From the human T2T-CHM13v2.0 reference genome, Homo sapiens: a DNA stretch of 64,000 bases. Under the pieces are notes generated by a model. The model was not told where the DNA came from and made no database searches. It was given only the letters and a program-made list of their open reading frames with translations. The DNA lies in assembly GCF_009914755.1 (NCBI RefSeq), contig NC_060938.1, one strand, 5' to 3'. Of this stretch, positions 57,728 through 64,000 are shown piece after piece. The translations under genes and the position numbers were made by a program. Positions within the stretch are counted from its first letter, which is position 1, and every line of letters starts with the position of its first letter.

Positions 57728-58556
57728 TGAAAAAGGAACTATTTTGTGGCTTGCTTCATTGATTTACATTAACCTGCCTGGCGCTGTGGACACTTCAGTT
57801 TGCATCCGCCTTCTATGCATCTTGTATATCTCTCTAAGTTCTACCTTTTTCTTTTGCTTTTCTGATCCTTTCTCTTTTGTACCCCCGCTGCCTTACCCTA
57901 CAATAACCGTATCAGTTTCTATGGAGAACTGCTGAGCCTTCTGGAGCAACAGAAAGTGTTGAGTCAAACCTGTTTCCTCCACTCCCTCACTGCCGCACCT
58001 TCCAGAGAAGTAAAAAAAGTCTCCCTACCAACTGACTGATGATTACAATTTTTTTTAAATTGAGAAGCAGTTTTCCTTCAACTGTTAGGTGATCAAAGGT
58101 TTAAAATACAAAATACTTTGAAGAAGATCCATTAACTAAAAAATTCATTCATTAATCAGCAGTTAGAGGTGAGAGTCTAGCTTATTGTTTTTTTTTCTTC
58201 CTAGATCACACTTCATTGTGTACATAGCCTGTTGTTTTGACTGATATGATTTTATATCATTAAGAGAGCCATGGGGAACTGTCAGAGGGCAGGGAGATTT
58301 CCTGGGGTGAGGATGGAGATAGAGATGGAATACAGAGATTATAAAGATGAAGAAATTAAACCATTGCTACTATTTCACATGGAAATTTATAGCAGTTGTT
58401 TTAGTTTGTGGGCACAGAGATTATAAATGGGGCATTTTTTAGAGGAAAACTTGTTTATGTAAAGGTTTATATTCTGTATATAAATATATTTTTGCCATTT
58501 GTTTTGCAGATTGTGGGATTAGTGATATGCTTTTCTAAAGAGTAGAAAAGTCGAAG

Positions 58557-58889
58557 ATGTCTAGACAGAACTTAGTGGCTTTGACAGTGACTACCCTTCT
58601 GGGTGTGGCTGTAGGGGGGTTTGTCCTCTGGAAAGGCATCCAGCGCCGCCGAAGGAGTAAAACGAGTCCTGTGACCCAACAGCCACAGCAGAAAGTGCTG
58701 GGCAGTAGAGAGCTGCCCCCTCCAGAAGATGATCAGCTGCACTCCAGTGCCCCCAGATCCTCGTGGAAGGAACGGATCCTTAAAGCAAAGGTGGTGACGG
58801 TGTCTCAGGAGGCAGAGTGGGATCAAATCGAGCCCTTGCTTAGAAGTGAATTAGAAGATTTTCCAGTACTTGGAATTGACTGTGAGTGG
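58557..58889 (+). CDS. EXD2: EXD2 first coding exon, residues 1-111 (exon starts at 58510): N-terminal signal-anchor helix and Exo I motif of the 3'-5' exonuclease
   Basis: MSRQNLVALTVTTLLGVAVGGFVLWKGIQRRRRSK...VLGIDCEW: hydrophobic helix followed by a basic patch, and D108-x-E110 DEDD Exo I motif. Acceptor TTTTGCAG| at 58509, donor TGG|GTAAGT; 333 nt, phase 0. Confidence 0.97.
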
Positions 58890-59489
58890 GTAAGTTAAAA
58901 AGCAAAAGTTAAAAAAAAAAAAAAAAAACAACTTCTGCTTTTCCAACTGGGACCTTGGACAGTCAAGTAGAAAATAAGGTTAAAGGAGAATGAATTAGCT
59001 TGTTCTCAACTTGCTTATAAGCAGATTTTAGCAGAAGAAGAAGCTGCTGTTCCTCTCAGGATGGCGGAGTGCTTACAATTATGGATTACAATTATGTCAA
59101 ACCTATATGAATTGTATTTTCCCCACTTATCATTCCGTGAACTTGGACAAGCTATTTAGCCTCTCTAAGTCTTTGTTTGTTTGGTTGTTTGTAATAGGAA
59201 CGTCATGGTACCTACCTCCAGTGGCTTTTCTAAGGATTCAAATAGATCACCCCCATAAAGGATTCAGCACAGTGTGAACATATAGTAGTAAGTGTTCATG
59301 AAATATTAGCCACTGTTAATATTTGTAGTAGCATTTTCATAAGGATGCCGTGGAGAAAATAGCTAAGGAATTCTATTTAAATGGAAATTATTACTTAGGA
59401 TTTTAAAAGATAACAGTTAACATTTGAAACATCATTTACTCTAAGCCATGTACTATATGTTTTGCTTGCATCATCTAATTTTCACCATA

Positions 59490-60492
<1,003 letters not shown>

Positions 60493-61179
60493 CCAGGAAA
60501 TGTAATTAAAAGAGTCCCTAAGCAGAATGGCTCCACAAAATCAGTTCACAGGTTGATAGAAGAGGCTACTAGATGCCAACACTGTGATGACCAAAAAGAG
60601 AACACCTGACAGTGTGGGGAAATCTTTGTAGTCACAAAAGCCCTTACACCACAGCTACTGAGGGTGTTTCTTTATATCAGCAATAGTAGTAGTCGTTTAT
60701 ACCAATGACCTTGGGCCATCAAGAAAGGATCAGTGATTTTAATCTATTCTGTGTAAAAAGTTACATCATTTTAGAACTATTTACATCAGCAACAATAGAA
60801 GAAAATAGGGTTTAAGTGGTAAGCTCTAGCAGATTAGGAAAATTCACCTGTGCCAAGCACCTGGATTATTCCAACTAAACGAAGGATAACTTGAGCAACA
60901 GCAGGGTAGACTGAAGTGAATAGTAATTGATCTGATAATAATACACTTTAATTACTATAGCAGAGGCATAGAAAAGTTAAAGTGGCAAATAATCTAACCC
61001 CACCTCATTTTGACTTTTGATGTGTATTAAACTCAGGTTGGATTCCACATTTCCCTTTAGGCATGACTGCATTTTCCTGATTGCTGTCATAAAAAACTCA
61101 ATGAAAAAGTCATTCATGGCTTCCTTCCTTGTAAAAATAAGATAGAATAAATTTAAGAGATGAATAGAAAACAAAAATA

Positions 61180-62986
<1,807 letters not shown>

Positions 62987-64000
62987 GTATTTACCTTTTT
63001 CTTTGCTTACTTTTTCTTATATCTCTGACCTTCTTTTGGGGATCATTTTCCTTAAAATCGTTCTTTAACAGTTTAGGGCCCATTGATAATAAACTTCATC
63101 ATTTTGAAAATGTCTGTATTTTGATTTTAATCTTAAAGAGATTTTCTCTGGGTGTAAAGTTCTGGTTTGGCAGTTTATCATTTTCAGGATAGTATTCCAT
63201 TGCCTTCTGGCTTCCGTTATTGCTGTTGAAGATAACTGTCAGTCTATACCTTGATTCTTTGTAAGTAATGTAATTTTTTCATATCTCTTCTTAAGATCTT
63301 CTCTTTGAGTTTATGGTTCTGAAGGTTCACTATGATGAGTCTAGGTGTTTTATTTCTAGCTTGGGATTCAGAAAAATATCTGGATAATAGGATTGATGTT
63401 TTATCAATTTAAAATTTCTCTTTAAAGATTGTCTTTATCCTTTCTTCTTTCTTGCTGGAATTTAATATTTAACATATCTTAGTCTCTCTAGATTCATTAT
63501 ATACGATTTCTTCTGGTCTCTTTTACAATTCCCTTTTTCTTTATTTGGCTTTGTCTAATCTGTTTAACCTGCCCCTGAGTCTTTTTTTAGACTTTTTTAT
63601 TGTGAAATATAACACATCAAGAAAAGTGCCTGGAACAAAAATAAACACTGAATGATTTATGTAAAGAGAACAGCTCAGCTGTGTAACTAGAAACTAGGTC
63701 AAGAAACGTAAGATTGCTAGGACTCCAGGAGCTCCTGTTGTGTCCACTTGAAATCATTGTCCCCTCACTGCCCTCTGAGGGTTACCATTATCCTGTCTCA
63801 AGAAAGTCTATTTACTTTCTTGTTTTCTTTATACTTTTACTGCTTAGGCATGCCTCCCTCATCACTATAGTTTAATTTTACCTGTTTTTTAAATTTAGTA
63901 TAAATGAATCATCGAGTATGTGCTCTTTTTTGTCTTGCTTCTTTTTCCAAACATTGTGAGATTTACCTGTGTTGGGTGTGACTATGATTTGTTGCCATAT

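Noticed and set aside
58897-58930. A-rich tract just after the EXD2 coding-exon donor as an intronic poly(A) site
   Set aside because: Genomic A run with no upstream AATAAA; more likely a source of internal-priming artefacts.

Overview
Primate (human-like) genomic DNA, dense in Alu and L1 repeats. It holds the 5' ends of two divergently oriented genes about 38 kb apart. DCAF5/WDR22 has its first coding exon at 1870-2083 (minus strand) inside a large CpG island. EXD2 is on the plus strand, with a CpG-island promoter near 40.5 kb, non-coding exon 1, a MIR-derived 5'UTR exon at 53012-53095 and a first coding exon at 58510-58889. The main unexpected result lies in the apparently intergenic stretch between them. 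Its non-repetitive islands repeatedly carry minus-strand AG...GT-bounded segments that splice in compatible phases into a long, stop-interrupted, protein-like frame (about 15 exon remnants, ~34.9 kb to ~3.1 kb, with weaker candidates up to ~40.5 kb). I read this as a decayed multi-exon unitary pseudogene, head-to-head with EXD2, and I cannot name its product. Other notable items are uORFs in both leaders, a competing splice donor inside the EXD2 catalytic codons, two template-switch inversions, and an ERV1 LTR with a perfect RFX X-box and an Alu at its TATA box. There are also re-used insertion sites and abutting inverted Alus. Repeat family names come from recognising consensus motifs by eye and need RepeatMasker confirmation.
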